From Bacteroidales bacterium (GTDB lineage Bacteria > Bacteroidota > Bacteroidia > Bacteroidales > FEN-979), in NCBI GenBank assembly GCA_023231005.1, contig JALNWG010000014.1, forward strand, positions 9,007-73,006: a DNA stretch of 64,000 bases, read 5' to 3'. This document shows positions 1 through 8,814 of the stretch, one piece after another (position 1 is the first letter of the stretch; each line of letters starts with the position of its first letter). Under the pieces are notes generated by a model. The model saw only the letters and a program-made list of their open reading frames with translations. It did not search any database and was not told the origin of the DNA. Position numbers and translations under genes: made by a program.

Positions 1-175
1 CAAGGAAATTTGATGAATGGAAATCGAAAAAAGCCAGCTTAGGCTCAACCGAATCGGCTGCCTGTTGAATATACCGGTCAAAAAGTTCGGAAAATCCAGG
101 TAAAGTCAATCCCGGATTTTCGGAATAGCTATTGATGAAAGCAGGAAAAAGAAATACAGACGTTGCGGGGGACAA
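1..175 (-). CDS. partial ORF running off the left edge, product unknown (continuation of the pigment operon)
   Basis: Minus-strand frame is open for all ~60 codons from 181 to 1 (..FPAFINSYSENPGLTLPGFSELFDRYIQQAADSVEPKLAFFDFHSSNFL). The only plausible start is TTG at 175-173. No motif recognised. Confidence 0.3.
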   Translation of the reverse strand, partial: MSPATSVFLFPAFINSYSENPGLTLPGFSELFDRYIQQAADSVEPKLAFFDFHSSNFL

Positions 176-183
176 AGAAAGAA

Positions 184-492
184 TTATTTATCGAGTTCCA
201 GCAATTTGTTTTCGTGTTCAATGATGAGCAGTTGCATCTCAATTAACTGACCGATGGTAGCAACAGGATGTTTAACCGCATATTTCCCAATGACTTTCAA
301 TTCGATATCGAGGTCATACTTTTTTTTGAAAATTTCAATGAGTTCAAGAAACATCAATGAATCACCATCGAGATCTTTGATGATGCTCGTTTTATCATTG
401 ATCCGGGAAATATCTACTTCACATTCCTCAGCAAAAAAACCATAAACAACCTCCCTGACCTCGTTCCTTATACTTTCAGTAATTTTTGCCAT
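184..492 (-). CDS. acyl carrier protein
   Basis: Phosphopantetheine attachment motif LDGDSLMFLELIE. The ORF-track start at 519 is GTG. The first ATG (MAKITE) is at 492, 24 nt after the upstream KS stop. Confidence 0.8.
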   Translation of the reverse strand: MAKITESIRNEVREVVYGFFAEECEVDISRINDKTSIIKDLDGDSLMFLELIEIFKKKYDLDIELKVIGKYAVKHPVATIGQLIEMQLLIIEHENKLLELDK

Positions 493-515
493 GATGCTAT
501 TTTTTTGCAAAAATA

Positions 516-1727
516 TCACTTTTTTAATACAATGATTGCATTATGTCCACCAAAACCAAAGGAGTTTGAAAGAGCGACATTTATTTCTTTTTTCCGCGAC
601 TGATTCGGAATGTAGTCAAGATCAAGGTCAGGGTCGGGGATGCGGTAATTGATGGTCGGGGGTAAAATTCCATTTTCAAGGGCGAGGATGGTGATGATGG
701 CTTCAATGGCTCCAGCAGCTCCGATGGTATGGCCCAGCATAGATTTCGACGAAGATATGGGGATGTGATAAGCCAGTTCTCCAAACTCTTTTTTGATTGC
801 CATGGTTTCAAAGCGGTCATTCAACTCCGTAGAAGTTCCATGTGCATTGATATACCCGACTTCCTCTTTTTGTATTCCGGAATTTTCTAGTGCTTTCCGG
901 ATTGAAAAAGCCATTCCTTCGCCATCATTCATGGGAGCCATAATGTTGTATCCTTCGCTTGTAATGGAACAACCTGCCATTTCGCAATGAATATGAGCCT
1001 TTCTGGCTAATGCATGTTCTTTGGATTCGAGAATAATGGTACCCGCTCCCTCTCCGATAACAAAACCATCCCGGTCTTTGGAGAAGGGTTTACTGGCTTG
1101 TTCTGGTGGATCATTGGCAACCGAAAGCGCATAAAGCGCATTGAATCCCCGGATCTCCTCCGGGTTAATAATTGAATCGGCTCCACCCACGATCATCACA
1201 TCCGATTGTCCACTTTTAATCATCTGATAGCCTAATGATATAGCATAAGCAGAGGAAGCGCAGGCAGTATTCACGGCAAAGTTGGGACCGGTTAACTGAT
1301 ATTCCATCGATAACCAGGCGGGCATGGCGTTGGTCATGCTTTTAAATACAGTATTCTGTGTGGTTGTGTTTTTCTCTACACTGGAATTTCCGGTATTAAC
1401 AACACCCATGATCACCCCGCATTTAGAACGGTCAGTGTCATCAAAATTCATCCCTGAATTGGCGACTGCCATTTTTGCTGCAGTCATACACATCCTGGTA
1501 ACCCTTGTCATTTGACTTGCTGCCCTTTTTTTTATCCAGATCTTCGACAGTGCCTCAAATTCATCAGGAACCTGAGCGGCAATCTGAGTGGCGCAATTGG
1601 TAGGATCAAAAAGGGTAATCCTTTTGACCCCGCTTTTTCCGTTGATGATACTTTTCCAGTTTTCCTCTATAGTTAAACCCAGAGATGTAATTAAACTCAT
1701 CCCCGTTATTACAACTTCTCTTGCCAT
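516..1727 (-). CDS. beta-ketoacyl-ACP synthase (FabF/FabB-like)
   Basis: Active-site Cys in NTACASSAYAI, plus HGTST and GHTIGAAG motifs and C-terminal SNSFGFGGHN. ATG start checked. Confidence 0.9.
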   Translation of the reverse strand: MAREVVITGMSLITSLGLTIEENWKSIINGKSGVKRITLFDPTNCATQIAAQVPDEFEALSKIWIKKRAASQMTRVTRMCMTAAKMAVANSGMNFDDTDRSKCGVIMGVVNTGNSSVEKNTTTQNTVFKSMTNAMPAWLSMEYQLTGPNFAVNTACASSAYAISLGYQMIKSGQSDVMIVGGADSIINPEEIRGFNALYALSVANDPPEQASKPFSKDRDGFVIGEGAGTIILESKEHALARKAHIHCEMAGCSITSEGYNIMAPMNDGEGMAFSIRKALENSGIQKEEVGYINAHGTSTELNDRFETMAIKKEFGELAYHIPISSSKSMLGHTIGAAGAIEAIITILALENGILPPTINYRIPDPDLDLDYIPNQSRKKEINVALSNSFGFGGHNAIIVLKK

Positions 1728-1739
1728 TCCGTTTCTCTG

Positions 1740-2120
1740 TTACTTCAAGGAATTCACCCATTTACCGACCATTTCCACTTCTGCTTTTGTGGGAATCAAA
1801 TCGGGATTATTTTTCTTCCAGCTTTTTGGTGGCATCGATTCTTTTGAAAGAACTTTAAAAATGGTATTTGCTTTATCACTTTGTTTTTGAATAGTAAGAT
1901 CGCCCCATTTGGAGAAGTTCACTTTTCCGCGAGCCAATGCACTCCCCTTATCCGAATGACAATCCATACAGGCTCTCTGAACAAATTTCATCATATTATC
2001 GGGTAAAGCTGCCGATGTTGTATTCGTTGTTTTCTGCCCGGAAGCCAATATGGTATTGACATTTATCAACAAAAAAAATGCAATGAAAACTGTTGAAACC
2101 AGGATTATTGATTTTCTCAT
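1740..2120 (-). CDS. secreted haem-binding-domain protein (c-type CxxCH)
   Basis: N-terminal hydrophobic signal sequence. CMDCHS (CxxCH) is followed by GKVNFSKW and MPP, the pattern of Haem_bd-type domains. Confidence 0.6.
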   Translation of the reverse strand: MRKSIILVSTVFIAFFLLINVNTILASGQKTTNTTSAALPDNMMKFVQRACMDCHSDKGSALARGKVNFSKWGDLTIQKQSDKANTIFKVLSKESMPPKSWKKNNPDLIPTKAEVEMVGKWVNSLK

Positions 2121-2285
2121 AGATCGTGTATTAATAATTTGTTTTTTAATGGTTACATGGAATATCCATAATTAAGCATGAGTATTGTTCTTAGGATATT
2201 TCTGATTTTTATTCAGACAAATGTACATGACATTTTTTTAATTTCACAGAGACACTTCAAATAGGAAAATTTATTAAACAGTAAC

Positions 2286-3290
2286 CTATCCGAAATACTC
2301 GTGCAAAGCATCATGAATCTGCTCTTGGGAAAGTCCCGATTGAGATGAATAACGTTTGACAGAGGAAAAAAATACATGCTGAAGAGACAGATAAATTTCT
2401 GTGGTTTCAGAAATCTTATCTTCAACAAACTCTTCAATTGGATATATGTAAAAACCTGATTTAGATTTTATTCCAAGTTTTCCTGAATTCACAAGTTCTC
2501 TTAGTTCTGATATGAGTTCTTTATACGATGACGGATCCGGAACAGTTTTGAGATAATTGATAATGGATGCCAGCATGGTATCAATTCCAACGCTGTCGAA
2601 GAAATCAAACACTCCGAATTGAAAAAATCGCGACTTCACCAATTGGTCCATTTGATGGAAAGTACAAGATCCTTGTTTTACGATCCGATAAGCTTCATTC
2701 TGAAAGTCGAGGAAAATTTTATTGAGGATAAAACTGTCTTTTTCCTCGAGCATCAGATATTGACGGTTAATCTGTTTTAAAAATAATTCGACGCTGGCTA
2801 AAGTTTCATCCGAAGTACTTGAAGTACGAATAAATTCGACAATATTTGTCAATTGGATCGGGTAAAAAAAATGTAGTCCGACAAATTTGTCATTTCGTAT
2901 ATTTCCGTTACAAAGTTCAGAAGGATTGATGGAAGAGGAATTTGAAGCGAAGATACAGTTGGGTTGGATGATGTTTTGCAACATGGTAAAAAGAGTGCGT
3001 TTCATCTCCAGATTTTCCGGAATCGCTTCGATGATCAGATCGCAATCGTTCAAATCTGCAGGGATTTGAGTAATTAAAGTCCGGGTAAGTTGACAATGGC
3101 GTGATGAGTTGATAATGCCTGCTTTGAGGGAGCGGTTGATTCGTTTGTAGAATTGTTTCCTCATTTTGGTCACATCGGCATTGTTGCTACATAGCCAGAG
3201 GATTGTAAAATCGAAGGGGAGAAGATAGTAAAAAAGATCGCTTCCCATTTTTCCTTCGCCGATAATCCCTATGGTTGTGACGTTTCCCAT
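2286..3290 (-). CDS. 3-hydroxyacyl-CoA dehydrogenase family protein
   Basis: Rossmann motif IGIIGEGKMGSD directly after the ATG at 3290. The start was trimmed from the ORF-track 3398 because the upstream gene stops at 3292. Confidence 0.75.
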   Translation of the reverse strand: MGNVTTIGIIGEGKMGSDLFYYLLPFDFTILWLCSNNADVTKMRKQFYKRINRSLKAGIINSSRHCQLTRTLITQIPADLNDCDLIIEAIPENLEMKRTLFTMLQNIIQPNCIFASNSSSINPSELCNGNIRNDKFVGLHFFYPIQLTNIVEFIRTSSTSDETLASVELFLKQINRQYLMLEEKDSFILNKIFLDFQNEAYRIVKQGSCTFHQMDQLVKSRFFQFGVFDFFDSVGIDTMLASIINYLKTVPDPSSYKELISELRELVNSGKLGIKSKSGFYIYPIEEFVEDKISETTEIYLSLQHVFFSSVKRYSSQSGLSQEQIHDALHEYFG

Positions 3291-3291
3291 C

Positions 3292-4827
3292 TCAACTGGA
3301 ATTTGATTGTTTCCATGGACCTTTATCCTGTGCGATGACAATTTTACGATATTCTTCCATATTTCGTACATGTTCCTGGATGTGGCGGTGATATCCAAGC
3401 ATGGTGAGCATGAACGACAATCCTTTATCGATGGCGATTCGTTTCGTTCTGATCAATCCGAAAATGTAAAAGAATAGCGCTTTACGGTCTTTATCAGTTG
3501 TAAGAATATATTCTTTGAAGGTGATCCAGGATAAACGGGCTTTCATATATATGGAAATTTCACCTCCGGGTCGCGTAAAGGCTCCATTACTTAATAATGC
3601 TTCTCCCTTTTTCCGGATGGTATCGAAGGAATAAAGTCTCTCAATGGTTTGCATGTATTTGTCGAAAATTTCAATTTGCGACATATTCATATAATGCAAG
3701 GTAGGGAAATGGCCAACCCCAAGTTCAGGATCGCAGGAGAGGAGCCGGCCAGCTTCCTGGAATTTTTTATAAACTTCCGTTCCCGGAGGAGCATTGAGCA
3801 AATGCAGGTTTACATTGGGCAGATGATGTTTCATGGTAAAATCGAAGATCCGGTCAAATTCATCCAGACCGTCGTTATCAAAACCAACTACAAAGCTGGC
3901 ATTGATATGAATACCGGCAGCATGAATTTTATTGATGGCCTCTTCGTATATTTTCCCGCCCCGGTTATGATGTTTATGAGATTCGTCAAGGCTTTCCGGA
4001 TTCAGGGATTCAAAACCCACCAGGATATTGAAACATCCGGCATCAGCCATCAATCGTAACAATTCATCATCGGTGGCAACATCGAGACTGCACATACATC
4101 CCCAAGATATTTTCAATGGGATGATGGCCTTCATCAGTTCTTTTGCATACGTTTTATTGATGGTGAGGTTATCATCGACAAAGAAAAAGTACTTTGCCGG
4201 AGCCGATTTTATTTCTTCCACAACATTATCAATATCACGATAACGCATTTTACGGCCAAAGGTCTTTGATACAAGACAAAAGTCGCAATTGAAAGGGCAT
4301 CCCCGTGAGACCTGTATGGCCACCTGGAAAATCCGCTTCATATTAACCAGATCCCAACGAGGCGGATTTTGGGTTTTATAAGGAATAAATTCAGAAGATT
4401 CGTAAACCGGCTGTAATCGTCCATTTTCAAAATCCGCCAGACATTTTTCCCATTTTCCTTCTGCTTCGCCTGCGATCACGCAATCACCGTGTTTCAAGGC
4501 ATCTTCCTGTTTGAAGGATGCATAAGGTCCGCCATAAACCACTTTGGCACCCATGGCACGATAGGTATCGCCCAATTCGAAGGCTCGTTTTACCGTGGCT
4601 GCCAGCGTGGTTATTCCAACAATATCCGGCTTTTCATTTTTTGGGAGATGTTCGATCTCTTCATCAAATATTCGGATGTCGTAATTCCCAGGAGTGAGCG
4701 CTGCTATGGTTGGCAATGCCAGAGGTACCATAAATCGTTTCTTCCCGAACATTTTCGCCAGTTCGCTATGAGCTGGATAATTGATGAACCGTTGTTTCGG
4801 GCTGATCAGAAAGAGCTTATACTTCAT
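3292..4827 (-). CDS. B12-binding-domain radical SAM protein (class B)
   Basis: CxxxCxxC in SRGCPFNCDFC. N-terminal flavodoxin-like B12-binding-type region (PDIVGITT..GAKVVYGG). Confidence 0.8.
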   Translation of the reverse strand: MKYKLFLISPKQRFINYPAHSELAKMFGKKRFMVPLALPTIAALTPGNYDIRIFDEEIEHLPKNEKPDIVGITTLAATVKRAFELGDTYRAMGAKVVYGGPYASFKQEDALKHGDCVIAGEAEGKWEKCLADFENGRLQPVYESSEFIPYKTQNPPRWDLVNMKRIFQVAIQVSRGCPFNCDFCLVSKTFGRKMRYRDIDNVVEEIKSAPAKYFFFVDDNLTINKTYAKELMKAIIPLKISWGCMCSLDVATDDELLRLMADAGCFNILVGFESLNPESLDESHKHHNRGGKIYEEAINKIHAAGIHINASFVVGFDNDGLDEFDRIFDFTMKHHLPNVNLHLLNAPPGTEVYKKFQEAGRLLSCDPELGVGHFPTLHYMNMSQIEIFDKYMQTIERLYSFDTIRKKGEALLSNGAFTRPGGEISIYMKARLSWITFKEYILTTDKDRKALFFYIFGLIRTKRIAIDKGLSFMLTMLGYHRHIQEHVRNMEEYRKIVIAQDKGPWKQSNSS

Positions 4828-5947
4828 AGTATTTTAAAATATATCCGGCTTGCATAAATTTACTTACCTCTGTAACGAAGCTGAGAATTACATCGCCATG
4901 ATTCAATTTTTCTTCTTTACAGATTCTGTCAAGACAAAGAAAGGCCATTGGGGGGCCAATATATCCCATGGAAGCCATTTTGGAATAGAGTGTTTGTCGG
5001 GCAATTCCCAATTCCACACACTCATCCATAACCAATTCTGCAATATGTTTAGAAGGGAAGTTTACCTGGAAGAATCTTACTGCATTCAGATTGAACGGAT
5101 AAATATCAAACATTCTCCGAATTCCCTTATAAAAAACGGAACCACCTGGTTCATGAAAGTTCGCGCTTAATTCTTCCTGGAACATTTGGGCCAGATGGTG
5201 AAATCCCTGTTCGAATTCTTCTTTTGGGTTCATCCAATAGGCCGGACGTTTGTTTCCCATGGCCGAAGGTTTGTTTCCACCACAGGATTCGATGTAATTC
5301 GATTCAACGAACAATCCTTTGTTACATTGATCCGATGCTTGTAATACGATAGCAGAAGCTCCATCGCTTAAAAAATACCGTAAAAAGAGTTCTTCCTTCT
5401 TTACTATTGGTTGATTGTAATATTCAGCAATCAATTCGGAGGAGGAAATATTGGAGGAAACCATCAGTACGGTTTTATACCGGCCAAGGCGGATCATATC
5501 AGAACCGATCAACAGGGCTTTGTATGCTGAAGTACAATTAGCATGAACCGAAATTTCTGCACATAGCTCTATTCCCAATGCTTCCTGAATGCGGACACTG
5601 GCCGTAGGCATCTGATCCTGATGAGCGCTTCCATAAACAATCAAGTCAATATCTTCAGGCTTAAGTCCTGCATCTAAAATGGCATCCCTGGATGCTTTTA
5701 CCGACATGGTGATGTTGTCATCCGTAAATTTACGTGTATCCGGGTCCATTGCAAAGTGGTAAAATTTTACATCGAGCAACTCTTTCATCAACCCTTTTAC
5801 CCTTTTCATCCATTTCCGGATTTTTTCAGGGGCATCGCGCAATTCTCCTAAATAGGTATCCACATCCTCGAATGGAATGGGTTTTCCGGGGAGGTAGGAT
5901 CCTGTTCCGGCAATTTTGACAAATATTTCAGAGGTTAATTTTTGCAT
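4817..5947 (-). CDS. FabH-like (KAS III fold) condensing enzyme, atypical triad; DarB-like candidate
   Basis: N-terminal IAGTGSYLP and Cys in HANCTSAY. Where FabH has PHQAN and GNTSAAS, this protein reads FFQVN and MGYIGPP (alignment by eye). Confidence 0.7.
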   Translation of the reverse strand: MQKLTSEIFVKIAGTGSYLPGKPIPFEDVDTYLGELRDAPEKIRKWMKRVKGLMKELLDVKFYHFAMDPDTRKFTDDNITMSVKASRDAILDAGLKPEDIDLIVYGSAHQDQMPTASVRIQEALGIELCAEISVHANCTSAYKALLIGSDMIRLGRYKTVLMVSSNISSSELIAEYYNQPIVKKEELFLRYFLSDGASAIVLQASDQCNKGLFVESNYIESCGGNKPSAMGNKRPAYWMNPKEEFEQGFHHLAQMFQEELSANFHEPGGSVFYKGIRRMFDIYPFNLNAVRFFQVNFPSKHIAELVMDECVELGIARQTLYSKMASMGYIGPPMAFLCLDRICKEEKLNHGDVILSFVTEVSKFMQAGYILKYYEV

Positions 5948-6581
5948 TCAATGGATTTAAATACTTCTGGAGACAGATGCGGCGGTCAGTTCCGGTTATA
6001 TTTAACGGTAACGTTTTGGCAAAACGCGCAGCAAATGTTAAAAGTTCATGTTTTGGAACGATGGCATCAATCAGTCCGAATTCGAATGCTTCCCGTGCTG
6101 AAAAAGTATTTCCATGCAGAATAAGCTCCAATGCTTTGGCTTTGCCCACCAATTTGGAAAACCTTTGGACACCTCCAATCCCTGGCATGAGATTATAAGT
6201 TGTTTCCGGAAAACCGAAAACTGCTTCATTGGAACAAATTCTGAAATGACAAAAAAGGGTCAACTCCATTGCAGAACCCAGACATACACCTCGGATGGCG
6301 GATATTGCAGGAATACCCAGTTGTTCAAGGTGAAGAAAAGCATTATAATGCTGAAGCATCACTTCTTCATCAACATGATCCAACAGTTCATCGAGATTTG
6401 CCCCTGAGGAAAAATGTCTTCCATTAGCATGAATAATCAAAGCTTTCAATCCGTCAGTATGCTCAACAATCTGAATGGCTTCCTGAAAATCGCGGAAAAA
6501 CTCAAGGGACATTGTGTTCGCGGGAGGTTGATTGATGGCCAACCAGCCTATATTATCTTCGATTCGCCATTGCAATGTCAT
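5928..6581 (-). CDS. enoyl-CoA hydratase/isomerase (crotonase) family protein
   Basis: Crotonase-type layout: INQPPANTM, GRHFSSGANL, and GxG oxyanion region GVCLGSAMEL. Confidence 0.8.
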   Translation of the reverse strand: MTLQWRIEDNIGWLAINQPPANTMSLEFFRDFQEAIQIVEHTDGLKALIIHANGRHFSSGANLDELLDHVDEEVMLQHYNAFLHLEQLGIPAISAIRGVCLGSAMELTLFCHFRICSNEAVFGFPETTYNLMPGIGGVQRFSKLVGKAKALELILHGNTFSAREAFEFGLIDAIVPKHELLTFAARFAKTLPLNITGTDRRICLQKYLNPLNAKINL

Positions 6582-6584
6582 CGG

Positions 6585-7337
6585 TTATTCTCCCTCCATT
6601 TTACGTCTTTCAGCCTCGTTAATGGCAAGCATACAAAAAAGCCGAGTTTCATCTTTCATTGCCTCAGTGGGGGATAAGGTAGCGGCATTTTTCAGGGATT
6701 TCATGATGGCATTAATCACCTTAACAGGACGATCGATGGTCATTTTCCGGGCTAACGAAAATGCATATTCAAATGCATGATCCTTTTGGGCCAGAAAATC
6801 GACAAGCCCCATACTCTTAGCATCTGAAGCATTCACAATATCTCCTCCCAAAATAACCCGAGTTGCTTGGGAAAGACCAATGATTTCAGGAAGACGAATG
6901 GTGCCTCCAAGACCCGGCATCAGGTTGGAATTAATTTCGGGAAATGCCAACAGCGCATTTTCTGATGCAACCCGGATATGACAAGCCAGAGCGATTTCAA
7001 GTCCGCCACCAAAACAAACGCGGTTGATCGCTGCAATGGAGGGAATCAACAGGTCGTTGATGGCTTCTAACAATTCTTTCCCGGCGTTCATTCCAAAGGC
7101 AAGTCGCTCCGGATCCTGTGTTTGATGAAAAATTTCCTTTAAGTTTCCACCGGAAGAAAAGTTTTTGCCTTCTCCTGTGATGATCAAAGCTTTCACCGAT
7201 TCATCCTGAATCCATTCATGAAACTGCTCAAGCGGAATAAATTCCGGTTGTTCCAGCTTGTTTGAAGGCGGATTCCCAAGGGAAATTATTCCGATATCGT
7301 TAATAATTTCAAATGATATATTGGGTACATGGGTCAC
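6585..7337 (-). CDS. enoyl-CoA hydratase/isomerase (crotonase) family protein
   Basis: ITGEGKNFSSGGNL and CFGGGLEIALACH crotonase motifs. The start codon is GTG, and no in-frame ATG occurs for ~80 codons. Confidence 0.8.
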   Translation of the reverse strand: MTHVPNISFEIINDIGIISLGNPPSNKLEQPEFIPLEQFHEWIQDESVKALIITGEGKNFSSGGNLKEIFHQTQDPERLAFGMNAGKELLEAINDLLIPSIAAINRVCFGGGLEIALACHIRVASENALLAFPEINSNLMPGLGGTIRLPEIIGLSQATRVILGGDIVNASDAKSMGLVDFLAQKDHAFEYAFSLARKMTIDRPVKVINAIMKSLKNAATLSPTEAMKDETRLFCMLAINEAERRKMEGE

Positions 7338-7346
7338 TTCACAAAT

Positions 7347-7739
7347 CTATTTTAATCTCTTCAATAGACCATCGGGAATATCACGTGCCATTTTTTCCTT
7401 ATCAACAAAAATAAGTTTGGTGGTAGCCCGTGCAGCAGGTAGGTTAGTCGATTTTTTAATAATTCGTTGCTGGAAAATTAAATATGGTTTTTCAGGGAAG
7501 CAAGAAGATTCGACGATCAATTCCTCAAATAATTTCACTTCCCGCTGATACCGGATATGGATATCGGTAACCACCAACGATAATTCGCTTTCAGTTAAAG
7601 AAGGCATCAAATCCAGTGCTTTGAAATATTCCCAACGCGCATGTTCAAAATAGTTGAGATATACAGCATTGTTGATATGGTTGTAGGAATCCAACTCATA
7701 TCCACGGACAGTCAGCAATAATGTGTGTTTTTCAGCCAT
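7347..7739 (-). CDS. acyl-CoA/acyl-ACP thioesterase (4HBT hotdog fold)
   Basis: VRGYELDSYNHINNAVYLNYFEHAR is typical of YbgC/4HBT thioesterases. Confidence 0.75.
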   Translation of the reverse strand: MAEKHTLLLTVRGYELDSYNHINNAVYLNYFEHARWEYFKALDLMPSLTESELSLVVTDIHIRYQREVKLFEELIVESSCFPEKPYLIFQQRIIKKSTNLPAARATTKLIFVDKEKMARDIPDGLLKRLK

Positions 7740-8125
7740 CAGACAGCTTTTTCAAATTTACCCTTGAATTTCAAAAAAATCGATTCTGATTTTCCTAAGG
7801 TTGCCGTAATTGAGTACCGGTTTTCAGATAACGGTTTGATAACCAAGTCAACATCCAGAAGAGGATTTTCATGCGGAATGATCATCGATAAAAACTTGAT
7901 ATTGTCTGACTCAGTCAAGCGCAATGAAGTGTTCAAGGCCTTTTCCGCTAATTCTCTTACCATCTGTACCTGGCATACTCCGGGAACAATCGGATTCCCC
8001 GGGAAATGACCCTGATAAATAGCGTGATTTTGGTTGAGCTTTGTTGAAACTTTATATTTTTGTTGATCTTCGGAAGTTTCCGTATTTGTAAAAGACTGAA
8101 TATCAAAAAAGTTACCCAAAAGCAT
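7739..8125 (-). CDS. 3-hydroxyacyl-ACP dehydratase (FabZ/FabA-like hotdog)
   Basis: HFPGNPIVPGV motif. ATGA overlap with the downstream thioesterase. Confidence 0.75.
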   Translation of the reverse strand: MLLGNFFDIQSFTNTETSEDQQKYKVSTKLNQNHAIYQGHFPGNPIVPGVCQVQMVRELAEKALNTSLRLTESDNIKFLSMIIPHENPLLDVDLVIKPLSENRYSITATLGKSESIFLKFKGKFEKAV

Positions 8126-8169
8126 AATCCTGATTAATTAATGTTTTAATTATTGGGTAAAAATACAGC

Positions 8170-8814
8170 TTATTTACTCAATAATTGCAACGATTGTTGC
8201 ATTCCGATGAACTGATTCAGGATGATGATCTTAGTTGGGAAACCTTTTGAATAGGACGAAAGATTGATTTTTGCCGCATCCGCAAAATTCGATTTTCCGG
8301 CAATGGATAAAAGAGTATCCCTGGTGGCGGAATAGGTTTTCCAAAATTTTATTTTTCCTGCATCTCCTGAAATGATGATCTGTCTGGATTTTTCCTGCTG
8401 ATATGTTGTGCTTGTTATTTTCGGATAGCAACTGAGCAACAACCTGTAATCTGTTTCAAGAATTTTTATCAGAGCTTTGTTATATAATGGTTCAAAACAA
8501 GAGATCACCTTAAAGCTGTCGGGTTTCATCTCCAAATCGAAGTAGGTCATCCCAAACTCATTGGCAAAAACCAATCGGTATACTTCAGGTACAGAATCCA
8601 TCTTTTTAATTAACATTAATCCGCTTAAATGGTGCTTCTTAATGTCAAGTGTGGCTGTATACAGTGCCTTGTTGAAATTTCCAAGTAGATTAGCCGGAAC
8701 ATCTATATGGGAAATATCGCCGGAAGTAGAGCGGGTAAGGTTTTTCGGTTTAATGGAAACGCAACCAGCCATCAACAGGAACCCGAGTAAACTAACGAAG
8801 AATAAATTTTTCAT
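8170..8814 (-). CDS. lipoprotein of unknown function
   Basis: Lipobox in MKNLFFVSLLGFLLMAGC. Start trimmed from 8880 to the ATG at 8814. Confidence 0.6.
   Translation of the reverse strand: MKNLFFVSLLGFLLMAGCVSIKPKNLTRSTSGDISHIDVPANLLGNFNKALYTATLDIKKHHLSGLMLIKKMDSVPEVYRLVFANEFGMTYFDLEMKPDSFKVISCFEPLYNKALIKILETDYRLLLSCYPKITSTTYQQEKSRQIIISGDAGKIKFWKTYSATRDTLLSIAGKSNFADAAKINLSSYSKGFPTKIIILNQFIGMQQSLQLLSK

Noticed and set aside
1141-1152. 12-nt match (ttgaatccccgg) to the T-arm / 3' region of tRNA-Arg, considered as a possible att-type direct repeat
   Set aside because: It is too short, it is interrupted relative to the tRNA sequence, and it lies inside the conserved coding sequence of a KS gene. 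It is most likely coincidence.
184-7337. Reading ACP + KS + KAS III-fold protein + two crotonases as a polyketide HMG-CoA-synthase beta-branching cassette
   Set aside because: The KS at 516-1727 retains its active-site Cys (TACASS), whereas cassette KS0 decarboxylases have Ser. The KAS III-fold protein looks FabH-like (GTGSYLP, ..PTAS.., NCTSAY) rather than HMGS-like. I keep this only as an alternative to test.
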